Of a stretch of DNA of 64,000 nucleotides, positions 28,587 to 38,214 are shown one piece after another. Position 1 is the first letter of the stretch; every line of letters starts with the position of its first letter. Origin of the DNA: Pyrinomonadaceae bacterium (GTDB lineage Bacteria > Acidobacteriota > Blastocatellia > Pyrinomonadales > Pyrinomonadaceae); NCBI GenBank assembly GCA_046313635.1, contig JBKBYA010000002.1, positions 32,001 to 96,000 of the forward strand, written 5' to 3'. The notes beneath the pieces were generated by a model, which searched no databases, was not told where the DNA came from, and saw only the letters and a list, made by a program, of their open reading frames with translations. A program made the translations under genes and the position numbers.

Positions 28587-29909
28587 ATGTTTACCTTGCG
28601 CCAGGCTTCGGTACTACTGGGACTCGCGGTCCTGCTCGCGACGGGCGCCTTTTTTGTGACGAATGTCGAGCTGCCGCCCTGGGCGTCGTGGCTGTCGGCG
28701 GCGAGCGTTCTGCTCTTTGCGCTGCCGAGCTTCTACGCTCTCGCGATGTGGCTCGGATGGCGGCGGGCGGCGATCGCTGCTGGCGGTCTCGGGCTTTTCG
28801 CTCTCGCGGTCGAATTGTCGGCGATCGTGACCGGCTTCCCGTACGGGCACTTCGGATATTCGCATCTGCTCGGTGGTCGAATATTCGACCTTGTGCCATG
28901 GACGGTCGCCTTTGCGTGGACGCCGCTCGTTCTCGGCAGCTATGCGGTCGCGGCACGCCTGACAGCGGGCCGCGCCGGCCGTATCACTCTCGGCGCGGCG
29001 CTGCTTGTGGCGGTCGACCTCGTTCTCGATCCGGCGGCGGTGCGGCTCGGCTTTTGGCGATACGCGGAGCCGGGCGTCTACTACGGCGTTCCGTTCTCGA
29101 ACTTTTCCGGCTGGCTGTTGTCGGGTCTCGCCGGCGTGGCGCTGCTCGACGCCCTCGTCGCGCGCTTTCGACCGCTGATGCCGGCGCCTGCGCAGCTTGC
29201 GGGGAGCTTGGTCTTGATCGTCTTTTATTGGACCGCGGTCGCGCTTTTTGCGGGTCTTGCCGTGCCGGCCGCGATCGGCGCGATACTGCTCGCCGGACTC
29301 GTGACGCGATACCTGAGATCGTACTTCGCGTTTGAGGACATGGTCGTGCTTGCCGACGACGAAGGCCGAGAGATCGGCACGGCCAACAAGTACGCTATCC
29401 ACGATTCGCAGACGCCGCTGCACAAGGCCTTCTCGGTCTTTTTGCTCAACTCTCGCGGCGAGCTTCTGCTTCAGCAGCGGGCATATTCCAAGCGTACTTG
29501 GCCGGGCGTCTGGTCCAACTCGTGCTGCGGGCACCCGATGCTTTACGAATCTGCAAAGCGGGCAGCGCGTCGACGGCTGAGGACCGAACTCGGCATCAGG
29601 TCGGCCGAGCTTCATCTGGTGCTTCCGGACTACCGCTACCGGGCCGAAAAGGACGGCATCGTCGAGAATGAGCTGTGCCCGGTATTCGTCGCGTTCTCGG
29701 ATGACGTTCCGAGCCTCAACTCTTCAGAGGTCGCCGCGGTGAGATGGATCGATTGGAACGAGGCCTACGATCTGATCCGAGACCCGGCGAACGGTTTCTC
29801 GCCGTGGGCCGTCGAAGAGATCGCGCTGCTGCTCGACAGCGACGAATGCACGCGGATCATCGGCGATAAATTGCCATCGCATGACGCCGGCGTTCGAGCG
29901 GCCGCGTGA
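28587..29909 (+). CDS. CruF-type carotenoid hydratase fused to type 1 IPP isomerase
   Basis: N-half: TGFPYG.F.Y, VPWTV..AW, DLVLDPAAV.LGFW.Y, YYGVP.SNF.GW. C-half: LHKAFSVF, LLQQRA..K.TWPGVWSNSCCGHP, ENELCPVF, FSPW. Confidence 0.87.
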   Translation: MFTLRQASVLLGLAVLLATGAFFVTNVELPPWASWLSAASVLLFALPSFYALAMWLGWRRAAIAAGGLGLFALAVELSAIVTGFPYGHFGYSHLLGGRIFDLVPWTVAFAWTPLVLGSYAVAARLTAGRAGRITLGAALLVAVDLVLDPAAVRLGFWRYAEPGVYYGVPFSNFSGWLLSGLAGVALLDALVARFRPLMPAPAQLAGSLVLIVFYWTAVALFAGLAVPAAIGAILLAGLVTRYLRSYFAFEDMVVLADDEGREIGTANKYAIHDSQTPLHKAFSVFLLNSRGELLLQQRAYSKRTWPGVWSNSCCGHPMLYESAKRAARRRLRTELGIRSAELHLVLPDYRYRAEKDGIVENELCPVFVAFSDDVPSLNSSEVAAVRWIDWNEAYDLIRDPANGFSPWAVEEIALLLDSDECTRIIGDKLPSHDAGVRAAA

Positions 29910-29970
29910 CGCCGGGCCGCGGGCGCCGTGTGCTAAGCTACACAAAAAATTCGTTGCCCGAACACAAAGT

Positions 29971-31041
29971 ATGAAAAGAATAAGCGCCTTGCTTGTGATG
30001 ACCGTCGTCCTGGCCTCTCAGGTCTCGTTCTATGCCCAGAAGGGAAGCTTTACCGAGATCAAGCAGCTTCAGGGTCCGCAAAACCCGCGGCTCGCATTCG
30101 TCATTCACGGCGGCGCTGGCGTCATCACGCGCGGCTCGCTGACGCCCGAAAAAGAAAAGGCTTATCGCGAAAAGCTCGAGGAGGCCGTGCTCGCCGGCTA
30201 CAAAGCGCTGCAGGCCGGCAAGTCGAGCCTTGACGCGGTCGAGATCGCGATCCGCATCCTCGAGGATTCGCCGCTCTTTAACGCCGGCAAGGGAGCCGTC
30301 TTCACGCACGACGGAAAGAACGAGCTCGACGCTTCGATCATGGACGGCAAAACGCTCGCCGCCGGAGCCGTCGCGGGACTGCGTCACGTCAAAAATCCGA
30401 TCACCCTCGCGCGAGCCGTGATGGAGCGTTCGCCGCACGTGATGATGGTCGGCGAGGGCGCGGAGCAGTTTGCCAAAGAGCAAAAGATCGAGCTGGTGGA
30501 CGAGAAGTATTTTTGGACGCAGCACCGCTGGGACGCGCTTCAGCAGATACTGAAAGAAGAAAAGGAAAAGGCGTCGGACAAAAAAATGAGCGTCGACCTC
30601 ACGCCGACGAACGCGCTTCCGGCAAATAAATTCGGCACCGTCGGCGCCGTCGCGCTCGACAAGGACGGCAACCTCGCGGCCGGCACCTCGACCGGCGGGA
30701 TGACAAATAAACGCTACGGCCGCGTCGGCGACGCTCCGATCATCGGCGCCGGCACCTTTGCCAACAATATGTCGTGCGCGGTCTCGGCTACGGGCTGGGG
30801 CGAGTTCTTTATCCGTCTCGGCGTCGCGAGAGATATTTCGGCTCTGATGGAGTATCGCGCTCTGCCCGTTCAGCAGGCGGCCGATCTCGTCATCCAGCAA
30901 AAACTGCAGAAGCTCGGCGGCGACGGCGGCGTGATCGCGGTCGACCGCTTTGGCAATATCGGCATCTCTTTCAACTCCGAGGGAATGTACCGCGCTTACA
31001 TCAACAGCGACGGCAAGCCGGTCGTCGAGATCTACAAGTGA
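29971..31041 (+). CDS. secreted isoaspartyl peptidase/L-asparaginase (Ntn hydrolase)
   Basis: IHGGAG, LEDSPLFNAGKG, ELDASIM, GTVGAVA, TSTGG, GRVGD, SATGWGE; signal peptide. Confidence 0.93.
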   Translation: MKRISALLVMTVVLASQVSFYAQKGSFTEIKQLQGPQNPRLAFVIHGGAGVITRGSLTPEKEKAYREKLEEAVLAGYKALQAGKSSLDAVEIAIRILEDSPLFNAGKGAVFTHDGKNELDASIMDGKTLAAGAVAGLRHVKNPITLARAVMERSPHVMMVGEGAEQFAKEQKIELVDEKYFWTQHRWDALQQILKEEKEKASDKKMSVDLTPTNALPANKFGTVGAVALDKDGNLAAGTSTGGMTNKRYGRVGDAPIIGAGTFANNMSCAVSATGWGEFFIRLGVARDISALMEYRALPVQQAADLVIQQKLQKLGGDGGVIAVDRFGNIGISFNSEGMYRAYINSDGKPVVEIYK

Positions 31042-31062
31042 ACGGGGCCGTCGGCTTCTGAT

Positions 31063-32331
31063 ATGCAAACCGCTGAGATCATCGCCATCGGATCCGAACT
31101 GCTCACCCCGGACCGCACCGATACCAACAGTCTATGGCTGACCGCAAGGCTCAACGAGCTTGGTATCGAGGTCTTGCTCAAAACGATCGTCGGCGACGAC
31201 GAGGCACGCCTCGAGGAGGTGATCCGCGACGCGGTCAAGCGCTCTGATCTCGTCATCACTACCGGCGGTCTCGGCCCGACCGAGGACGATATCACGCGGC
31301 CCGTCGCGGCGCGGGCGCTCGGCCGCGAGCTCGTCTATCACGATGAGATCGAGGACCAGCTTCGCGAGCGGTTTAGTCTCTGGGGCCGCGAGATGCCCGA
31401 GATCAACAAGCGTCAGGCTTACGTCATCGAGGGTGCCGAGATCTTGCCCAACCCGAACGGCTCGGCGGTCGGAATGCTGATCGAGACCGACGGGCGAACG
31501 ATCGCGATCTTTCCGGGGCCGCCGCGCGAGATGCAGCCGATGTTCAGCGACCACGTCTGGCCGAGGCTGGCCGAAAAAGCGGGCGGCCTGAGAAAAAAGC
31601 GAAGGGTGCTGAAGGTCTCGGGATTGGGCGAATCGGCGGTTGACGAGGCGATCTCGCCGATCTATAGAGCGTTTGAGACGATCGAAACTTCGATCTTGTT
31701 CAACCGAAGCGAGGTCGAGGTGCATCTCACCGCCAAGGCACGATCGGAGAGCGAAGCAGACGAGGCACTGGACGAGTGCACGAGGCGGATCGTCGAAAAG
31801 CTCGGCCACGCCGTTTTTTCGACGAGCGGCGAATCGTTGGAAGAGGTGGTCGGCCGGCTTTTAACGGAACGATCGGCGACCCTCTCGGTCGCCGAGAGCT
31901 GCACGGGCGGGTTGATCGGATCAAGAATAACGGACGTCGCAGGCTCGTCCAGATACTTTATCGAAGGTGTCGTTTCGTACTCGAACGACGCAAAGATCAG
32001 AACGCTCGGCGTGCCGCGAGAGACCATCGAGAAACACGGGGCCGTGAGCGCCGAGACCGCCCAAGCGATGGCCGCAGGGATGCGGCATTTGGCGCGCACC
32101 GACTACGCCCTTTCGGTCACCGGGATCGCAGGGCCCGGCGGCGGATCGAGCTCAAAACCTGTAGGGACCGTTTTTGTCGGGCTCGCCGACGAGGAGGGCG
32201 TAAAGACCGTCAGGCTCCATCTGCCCGGCGACAGATATCTGGTCCGCTGGCGCTCGAGCCAGGCCGCACTCGACCTGCTGAGACGTCGGCTGCTGCGGCG
32301 GGAGCGGCCGCTATCAGATCAAAACGGTTGA
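31063..32331 (+). CDS. cinA: competence/damage-inducible protein CinA (MoCF-like plus NMN deamidase domains)
   Basis: IGSELL, DTNS, GGLGPTEDD, PGPPREM, AESCTGG, GAVS, TGIAGPGGG. Confidence 0.95.
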   Translation: MQTAEIIAIGSELLTPDRTDTNSLWLTARLNELGIEVLLKTIVGDDEARLEEVIRDAVKRSDLVITTGGLGPTEDDITRPVAARALGRELVYHDEIEDQLRERFSLWGREMPEINKRQAYVIEGAEILPNPNGSAVGMLIETDGRTIAIFPGPPREMQPMFSDHVWPRLAEKAGGLRKKRRVLKVSGLGESAVDEAISPIYRAFETIETSILFNRSEVEVHLTAKARSESEADEALDECTRRIVEKLGHAVFSTSGESLEEVVGRLLTERSATLSVAESCTGGLIGSRITDVAGSSRYFIEGVVSYSNDAKIRTLGVPRETIEKHGAVSAETAQAMAAGMRHLARTDYALSVTGIAGPGGGSSSKPVGTVFVGLADEEGVKTVRLHLPGDRYLVRWRSSQAALDLLRRRLLRRERPLSDQNG

Positions 32332-32473
32332 TATTTTTGAGTCTTTGACACAAAATTAGGCGGGCGTCGCTCGTGCCCCAAGTCCCTAGTATTTGAAACT
32401 TTGTATGCCTCGGCGCGTGTAGTTTCGACAAACGCCGGGCGGCATCTCGGCCCTCTCAAATCAGGTTACAGCT

Positions 32474-34954
32474 ATGAAAAGAAATACCTTCGTCCGATCC
32501 TCCATCTCGCTGATGCTCTTTGTCTGTCTGCTCTCGCCGACCGCCGCGCTCGCCGCCGGCGACGGCAAAAAGCACTTCAAAGAAGGGCTCAGGCACGAGG
32601 CCGCTGAATCATGGGACAAGGCCGCCGAGGAGTTTGCCCTCGCGGTCGCCGACAATCCCCGCAATCCCGAATACCGGCTTCACCTTCAGCGGGCGCTTTT
32701 CAACGCGTCTCAGCAGTACATGAAAAAGGGGACCATCGCGGCGAACGAGGGCGACTTTGCCGGCGCCTATAACGCTTTTCGCAGGGCTTACGGCTTTGAC
32801 CCGACGAATGAACTCGCCAAAAGCGAGATGGAGCGCATGGTACGTCTCCAACAGGGCGTCAAGGACGGCACTCTCGAAGAGAAGAAGGACGACGCCGGAA
32901 AGATAAAGCTCGTCCCGACCGGATACACGCCAAAGGCTCCGCAAGCGGTGATGCCCCAGCGCCTCGAGAAGCTTCGCGACGTCCCTTTCCCGAGCGGCGT
33001 CAATCTCCAGTTCATCGTCAAGGAGCTCGCTCGCGACCTCGACCTCAACGTGCTCTTCGATTCGGAGTCGCGGCTCGACACGCGCCAGGTAAAGATCGAG
33101 CTGCGGCAGGTCACGGCGGCAAAGGCTCTCGACTACATCTTTTTGCAGGAGAATCTCTTTTTCCAAAAGGTCGGCCCGCGGACGATCATCGTCGCGTCAA
33201 ACAATCGCCGGATGAACTTTCAACAGTTGGTCCTGCGGACCTTTTACCTCTCGAACGCCAATCCAAAAGACGTCAAGACCGTCGTCCAGACCGCGATCCC
33301 GGCACAGCCCGGCCGCAGCCAGACGATCGTGCTCGAGGACGCGGCGACCAACAGCATCACGGTCCGCGATACCGAAGAGAACGTCAAGCTGATCGGCAAG
33401 CTGATCCAGTCGCTCGACAAGGACCGCGCCGAGGTCGTCATGGACGTGGCGATCTACGAGGTCAACAAGAATGACCTGCTTCAATTCGGCAATCAGCTCG
33501 GCGTAGGAGGCGATAAGGCCACGCTTCTGAATCTGGGCGGCGTGAATCTTCCGGTACTGCGCTCGGGCGACAGCGGCCGTATAACGAACGGCTTCCCGTT
33601 TCGCGGAGCGGACGCGCTCGGCGTTGCTCTCGGATTTCCGGTGAGCTCCCTCTCGGCGCTTCAGTCAAAAGACAATACCAAGCTGATCGCATCGACCCAG
33701 ATCCACGCCTTTAACAACGAGGACTCGTCGGCCCGCATCGGCCAGCGAGTGCCGGTCAGGTCGGCGACGATCACCAATGGTTTTAATAACAACAACAATG
33801 CGGCCAACGGCGGATTTTTGAGCGATGTCGTTACCTACGAGCAGGTGGGTCTGACCCTGAAATTCAAACCGCTCGTCTTCCCGAATCAGGACGTCCAGGT
33901 CGCGATGGAGATCGAATCGAAGGATGTCGCGGGAGCGTCGAATCTGCAGGGAAATCCGATCTTTACCGAGCGGACCATCAAGGGCACGGCCCGCGTTCAG
34001 AACAACAAGACGCTCTTGCTCGCCAGCGTCGCGCAGGGAGTCGAGAGCAAGAGCCGCTCTGGCCTGCCGCTCATCGGCCTGATCCCGATACTGGGCCGTC
34101 TCTTTACGGCGCCGTCGCGGACCAATCGACAGGTCGACATCGTTATCGCGATCACGCCTAAGGTGATCCGAGCTCCCGCGATCCTGCCCGAGGACGAGAT
34201 CGAGCGTCCGACCGGCAGCGTGCAGACGCCGACCAACAGTTCGCTTGAGGCGATGATCATTCAGGAGGAGCAGGACGAGATGCTCGCGACCGCACGCCGC
34301 CTGCCGAACCAGACCCAGGTGCAGCTGCCAGATCAGGCGGCCGAGGCGCCCGCGTACGTCCGCGATGCGTCCGGCGTGGCCGCGACGGCAGCAGGCGCAA
34401 ACGTCGGGGCCTCTCGATCTGCCGGTGACGCTGCGGCTTCTATTCAGGGACTGCCGTCGACACTCAAGCCGATCGACTCGTCTGTAAAGCAGCTCGAGAT
34501 CAAGCAGACGGCCGACACCGCGGCGGGCGAGACTCAGCCCGCGCCGGCGGCGGCTGCCGCGGCCAAGGTGTTTGTTTCGCTGCCGTCCGACATTCGTGCC
34601 CTCAAACCCGGCGAGCGGACGCGGATCGCCGTGACGGCAAACAATTCCGCTGCCTTCCGCTCGGCGGTCATCGGGCTCCGCTACGATCCGGCCAAGGTCG
34701 CGATCAGGCAGTTGCAGTACGGCGACGTATTCGGCAGCGGGCTGGCAAATACGGCCGCAACACCGTTCCTCAACGACCGTGGACGGACGTACGTTTCGCT
34801 CTCGCTGCCCGACGGCGCGGTCGCTGCGGGGACGGGCGTTATCGCATACGTCGAGATCGAAGCTCTCGCCGAGGGCGTGCCTTCGGTGACGTTCGATCGC
34901 GACGTGATGAACTTCCTGACGGTGGAGGGGCGGAATTTTGCAGTTTCGTTTTAG
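32474..34954 (+). CDS. secretin (GspD/PilQ family) with N-terminal TPR-like and C-terminal cohesin-like regions
   Basis: RTFYLSNA, NSITVRDT, LDKDRAEV, IGQRVPV, YEQVGLTL, GLPLIGLIPILGRLF, ITPKVIR; LRYDP..V tail. Confidence 0.88.
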   Translation: MKRNTFVRSSISLMLFVCLLSPTAALAAGDGKKHFKEGLRHEAAESWDKAAEEFALAVADNPRNPEYRLHLQRALFNASQQYMKKGTIAANEGDFAGAYNAFRRAYGFDPTNELAKSEMERMVRLQQGVKDGTLEEKKDDAGKIKLVPTGYTPKAPQAVMPQRLEKLRDVPFPSGVNLQFIVKELARDLDLNVLFDSESRLDTRQVKIELRQVTAAKALDYIFLQENLFFQKVGPRTIIVASNNRRMNFQQLVLRTFYLSNANPKDVKTVVQTAIPAQPGRSQTIVLEDAATNSITVRDTEENVKLIGKLIQSLDKDRAEVVMDVAIYEVNKNDLLQFGNQLGVGGDKATLLNLGGVNLPVLRSGDSGRITNGFPFRGADALGVALGFPVSSLSALQSKDNTKLIASTQIHAFNNEDSSARIGQRVPVRSATITNGFNNNNNAANGGFLSDVVTYEQVGLTLKFKPLVFPNQDVQVAMEIESKDVAGASNLQGNPIFTERTIKGTARVQNNKTLLLASVAQGVESKSRSGLPLIGLIPILGRLFTAPSRTNRQVDIVIAITPKVIRAPAILPEDEIERPTGSVQTPTNSSLEAMIIQEEQDEMLATARRLPNQTQVQLPDQAAEAPAYVRDASGVAATAAGANVGASRSAGDAAASIQGLPSTLKPIDSSVKQLEIKQTADTAAGETQPAPAAAAAAKVFVSLPSDIRALKPGERTRIAVTANNSAAFRSAVIGLRYDPAKVAIRQLQYGDVFGSGLANTAATPFLNDRGRTYVSLSLPDGAVAAGTGVIAYVEIEALAEGVPSVTFDRDVMNFLTVEGRNFAVSF

Positions 34955-34957
34955 TCA

Positions 34958-35617
34958 GTGATCTCGCGTGAACGAAAAATCAGTCTGGCATCAGCCGCAT
35001 CGGCCGGATACACGCTGCTCGAGCTGATCCTGACGCTTGCCGTCCTCGCCATTCTAGTGATGGGCACCATCCCGCTGGCGCAGAACGCCGTCAAGCGTGA
35101 AAAAGAGGTCAGGCTCCGCGAGACTCTCCGAATGGTGCGCAACGCGATAGACGAGTTCAAGCGCGATGCGATGGGGGCCTGCCCGCAGGGTGCCGTCGTG
35201 AGCGGCAATCCCATCGGCGACCGTGCGACGGTCGGCGGCGGCGTGCCGGCAGACCCGCGAAGCCGAGTCGTGATCGACGATTGCGAGATCTTTGACACGC
35301 AGAATCTCGATCGCTATCCGCCGTCGCTCGAAACGCTCGTCGACGGCGTCAACGTCCGGCCGAGGGGTCTGAACATTGCGGCCGGCAGCGGACTCCGGGA
35401 CGGAACGAAGCAGGCGACCGAGCTCGGCGTGACCGAGCAGGTCAAAAAGGTCTACCTTCGCGAGATGCCGGTCGATCCGATGACGGGCGACACCAAGTGG
35501 AATCTGCGTTCGTCTTATCAAGAGGCGGGCTCGGCCTGGGACCAAATAAACGTTTTTGACATCAGGTCGACGTCCGACGGCGTGGCATTGAATGGTGAGA
35601 AGTACAGTGATTGGTAA
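34958..35617 (+). CDS. type II secretion pseudopilin-like protein
   Basis: GYTLLEL prepilin cleavage site; YPPSLE.LV, YLREMPVDPMTG. Confidence 0.88.
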   Translation: MISRERKISLASAASAGYTLLELILTLAVLAILVMGTIPLAQNAVKREKEVRLRETLRMVRNAIDEFKRDAMGACPQGAVVSGNPIGDRATVGGGVPADPRSRVVIDDCEIFDTQNLDRYPPSLETLVDGVNVRPRGLNIAAGSGLRDGTKQATELGVTEQVKKVYLREMPVDPMTGDTKWNLRSSYQEAGSAWDQINVFDIRSTSDGVALNGEKYSDW

Positions 35618-35999
35618 ACAAAGAGAATTAGGCTTTTCGCTGCTCGAGCTGATGATCTCGATGTTTATCCTGATCATTCTTCTCTCGGTGGCCGTGCCGA
35701 CATACCGCCGGAGCGTGCAGCATGCCAAAGAGACGGTGCTGAAAGAGAATCTCTGGCAGATGCGCAAGGCGATCGATCAGTACGCCGCCGATAAGGGCAA
35801 GCTGCCTCAGTCGGTCAACGATCTCGTCGAGGCCAAGTACCTGCGCGAGGTGCCTGTAGATCCGATAACCGAAAAGGCCGAGTGGGACCCGGTGATGGGC
35901 GACGACCCTAACTCGTCCGACGGCGAGCAGGGAATGGTCGACGTTAAGAGCCTTTCGGAAGAGACCGACGGCGACGGCGTGTCGTACAGGGAGTACTGA
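35592..35999 (+). CDS. type II secretion pseudopilin (GspG-like)
   Basis: GFSLLEL prepilin site; R.AIDQY..DKG..P, YLREVPVDPIT. Confidence 0.88.
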   Translation: MVRSTVIGKQRELGFSLLELMISMFILIILLSVAVPTYRRSVQHAKETVLKENLWQMRKAIDQYAADKGKLPQSVNDLVEAKYLREVPVDPITEKAEWDPVMGDDPNSSDGEQGMVDVKSLSEETDGDGVSYREY

Positions 36000-36015
36000 T
36001 GCCCGCTGGAGTAAG

Positions 36016-36948
36016 ATGTTTTCATTTCTAACAAGACCAAATTTTCCTAAAGCAGCGATCGGCCTCGAAAAAGAGGCCGTCACCGCATTGGCCCTCGAGC
36101 GCGACGATCGAACAAGCCACTTTACCGTCCGCCAGGCGGCGTCGGTCGAGCTCCCGCGCGATCTTCTCGTGCCGAGCTTTACAGAAAAGAACATCGCAAA
36201 TCCCGCCGAGCTGCGCGTGCTGCTCGAGGAGGCGGTCGCCACCGCGGGGATGCTCGACCAAAAGCGCTGGTCGGTCTCGCTGCCGAGCAATTCGGCCCGG
36301 GCGTCGATCATCACTATCGAGACCGAGCCGGCGTCACGCGCCGAGGCAGAGGAGATCCTCGATTGGAAATGCGAACAGGCGTTCGGCGTACCGGCGGGCG
36401 AGATGCGCGTCAATCGTGTGCGGCTGAGCCCCGACGGCGAGCGCCGCGTTCGTTATTTTGCGACGGCCGTCAAGCTCGCTGTGATCGACGAGTACGAGAC
36501 CGTCTTTGAAGATATGGGCTGGAAGGCCGGGTTGATCCTCCCGCGAGCGGTTGGCGAATCGAATTGGCTGATGAGCGGCGGCAGCGACTCCGACTCGCTT
36601 CTTATCAGCTCGCAGAGCGACGGGTTTACGGCGTTGATGCTCAAGGGCTCGGAACCGATCGTCGTCAGGACGATAAGCTGCACCGTCGATGAGCTCGAGG
36701 ACGAGATCTACCGTCTGCTGATGTACTACCACGACCGCGTCGCCGGCGGCGAGCGCGAACTCAAAAACGTCTTGCTGGTCGGCGAAGAGTTTGACCGCGA
36801 CAAGGTGCGAGAGATCTCGAACGAGGCTTTCGGGCGGCCGCTGACGGTGCTTACCGCCGCCGACATCGGCCTCGACATTCCCGCTGGCGGGCTTATGTTT
36901 GACGAGATCGCCGGGCCCGCCGGCCTCGCCGCGTTAGCGTGGAACTAG
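36016..36948 (+). CDS. PilM/GspL-like pilus or secretion assembly protein
   Basis: Follows the pseudopilins; IGLE N-terminus and A..AGLA C-terminus resemble the PilM actin-like fold. Confidence 0.55.
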   Translation: MFSFLTRPNFPKAAIGLEKEAVTALALERDDRTSHFTVRQAASVELPRDLLVPSFTEKNIANPAELRVLLEEAVATAGMLDQKRWSVSLPSNSARASIITIETEPASRAEAEEILDWKCEQAFGVPAGEMRVNRVRLSPDGERRVRYFATAVKLAVIDEYETVFEDMGWKAGLILPRAVGESNWLMSGGSDSDSLLISSQSDGFTALMLKGSEPIVVRTISCTVDELEDEIYRLLMYYHDRVAGGERELKNVLLVGEEFDRDKVREISNEAFGRPLTVLTAADIGLDIPAGGLMFDEIAGPAGLAALAWN

Positions 36949-36960
36949 CCTTCTCGTTTG

Positions 36961-36987
36961 TGAAACCTCGCTCAGGCGAGTACCGTA
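36961..36987 (+). promoter_or_regulatory. ECF (SigW-like) promoter, probably autoregulatory
   Basis: TGAAAC-17 nt-CGTA, ending 13 nt upstream of the ECF sigma ATG. Confidence 0.65.
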
Positions 36988-37000
36988 ATAGCTCTGACCT

Positions 37001-37606
37001 ATGCCCGCTCTATCACTCGCGATCGAGAATTCCGCGCCCGTCACGGACGGCGAGCTGGTCGCCCGTGTTGTGGCCGGTCGCGAGGACGGCTTTGAAGAAT
37101 TGGTCAGGCGTTATCAGCGGCCGATCACGAGCTACATCTTCCGCATAGTCGGCGATGCCGAATCGGCGCTCGACGTCACGCAGGAAGTCTTTATCAAGGT
37201 CTACAACTCGATCTCACGCTACAACGCGGATTACAAATTCTCGACTTGGCTCTACCGCATCGCGCACAATGCCGCGGTCGATCACCTGCGGCGAAACAAC
37301 ATCTGTCCGCAGAGCCTCGAGGCCGAGAATGCGGACGGGTCGTTCCAGATCCAGCTCGAGTCGCTGACGCCCTCACCTGAAAAAGAACGCGAACGCAGCG
37401 AGTGGCGCAAGGAGATCGAGTCGGTCGTCAGGCGTCTGCCGGCCGCGTATCGCGAACTGATCGTACTGCGGCACTCAAAGGAACTGAGCTACGAGGAGAT
37501 CGCCGCCGTAACGGGGCTGCCCCTCGGCACGGTCAAGAATCGTCTTTTCCGCGCGCGTGAGATGATGCGCGGCCTTTTGGTCGAGCGAGGCATCACCGGG
37601 GCCTGA
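37001..37606 (+). CDS. ECF RNA polymerase sigma factor
   Basis: FEELVRRY, DVTQEVFIK, FSTWLYRIAHN, LSYEEIA...LPLGTVKNRLFRAR. Confidence 0.95.
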   Translation: MPALSLAIENSAPVTDGELVARVVAGREDGFEELVRRYQRPITSYIFRIVGDAESALDVTQEVFIKVYNSISRYNADYKFSTWLYRIAHNAAVDHLRRNNICPQSLEAENADGSFQIQLESLTPSPEKERERSEWRKEIESVVRRLPAAYRELIVLRHSKELSYEEIAAVTGLPLGTVKNRLFRAREMMRGLLVERGITGA

Positions 37607-37638
37607 CGGCCGGGGCGATCGTTTCGTTTTTTTTGAAG

Positions 37639-38214
37639 ATGGAAGTTCAGGGCTCAAATTTGGATTTCGAGTGCGGGTCGCCGGAGATCGCCGCTTACGT
37701 GGACGGCGAGCTCTCGCCCGACCGAGAACTGGCGCTCGACCTTCACATCGCCGAGTGCGCATCGTGCCGCTCGGAGCTGAACAGCCAGAAGCAGTTTCTT
37801 TCGATCCTCGACTCGACGCTCGCAGCCGACGACCAGTTAGAGCTCCCCGACGATTTTGCACGCGTCGTCGCGACGAATGCCGAGAGCTCCGTCAACGGGC
37901 TCAGGCAAAGGTCCGAATGGCTGAATGCGGTCGCGATCTGCGCCGGACTTTTTGTTTTTTGCCTGTTCGCGCTCGGTGCCGATGCATCCCGGTCGTTCGG
38001 TTATCCGCTGGCGATGTTTGAGCGGTCGGTGGCGGTAGCGGAATTTGCGGCTCACGTCGTGTACGATCTCGCGGTCGGGAGCGTCGTCGTCGTTCGTTCG
38101 GTCAGCTCGCACGTCGCGGGCCAGCTCGCGGTTGGTTTCTTACTTGCTGTTGTCGCCGTCGTCACAACAGCATTTCTCTCTCGCCAGGTGCTGCGAATAG
38201 GTCGGGCACGGTAA
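37639..38214 (+). CDS. zinc-finger (ZAS) transmembrane anti-sigma factor
   Basis: C...AYVDGEL...HIAECASC (HxxxCxxC) followed by TM segments. Confidence 0.88.
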   Translation: MEVQGSNLDFECGSPEIAAYVDGELSPDRELALDLHIAECASCRSELNSQKQFLSILDSTLAADDQLELPDDFARVVATNAESSVNGLRQRSEWLNAVAICAGLFVFCLFALGADASRSFGYPLAMFERSVAVAEFAAHVVYDLAVGSVVVVRSVSSHVAGQLAVGFLLAVVAVVTTAFLSRQVLRIGRAR

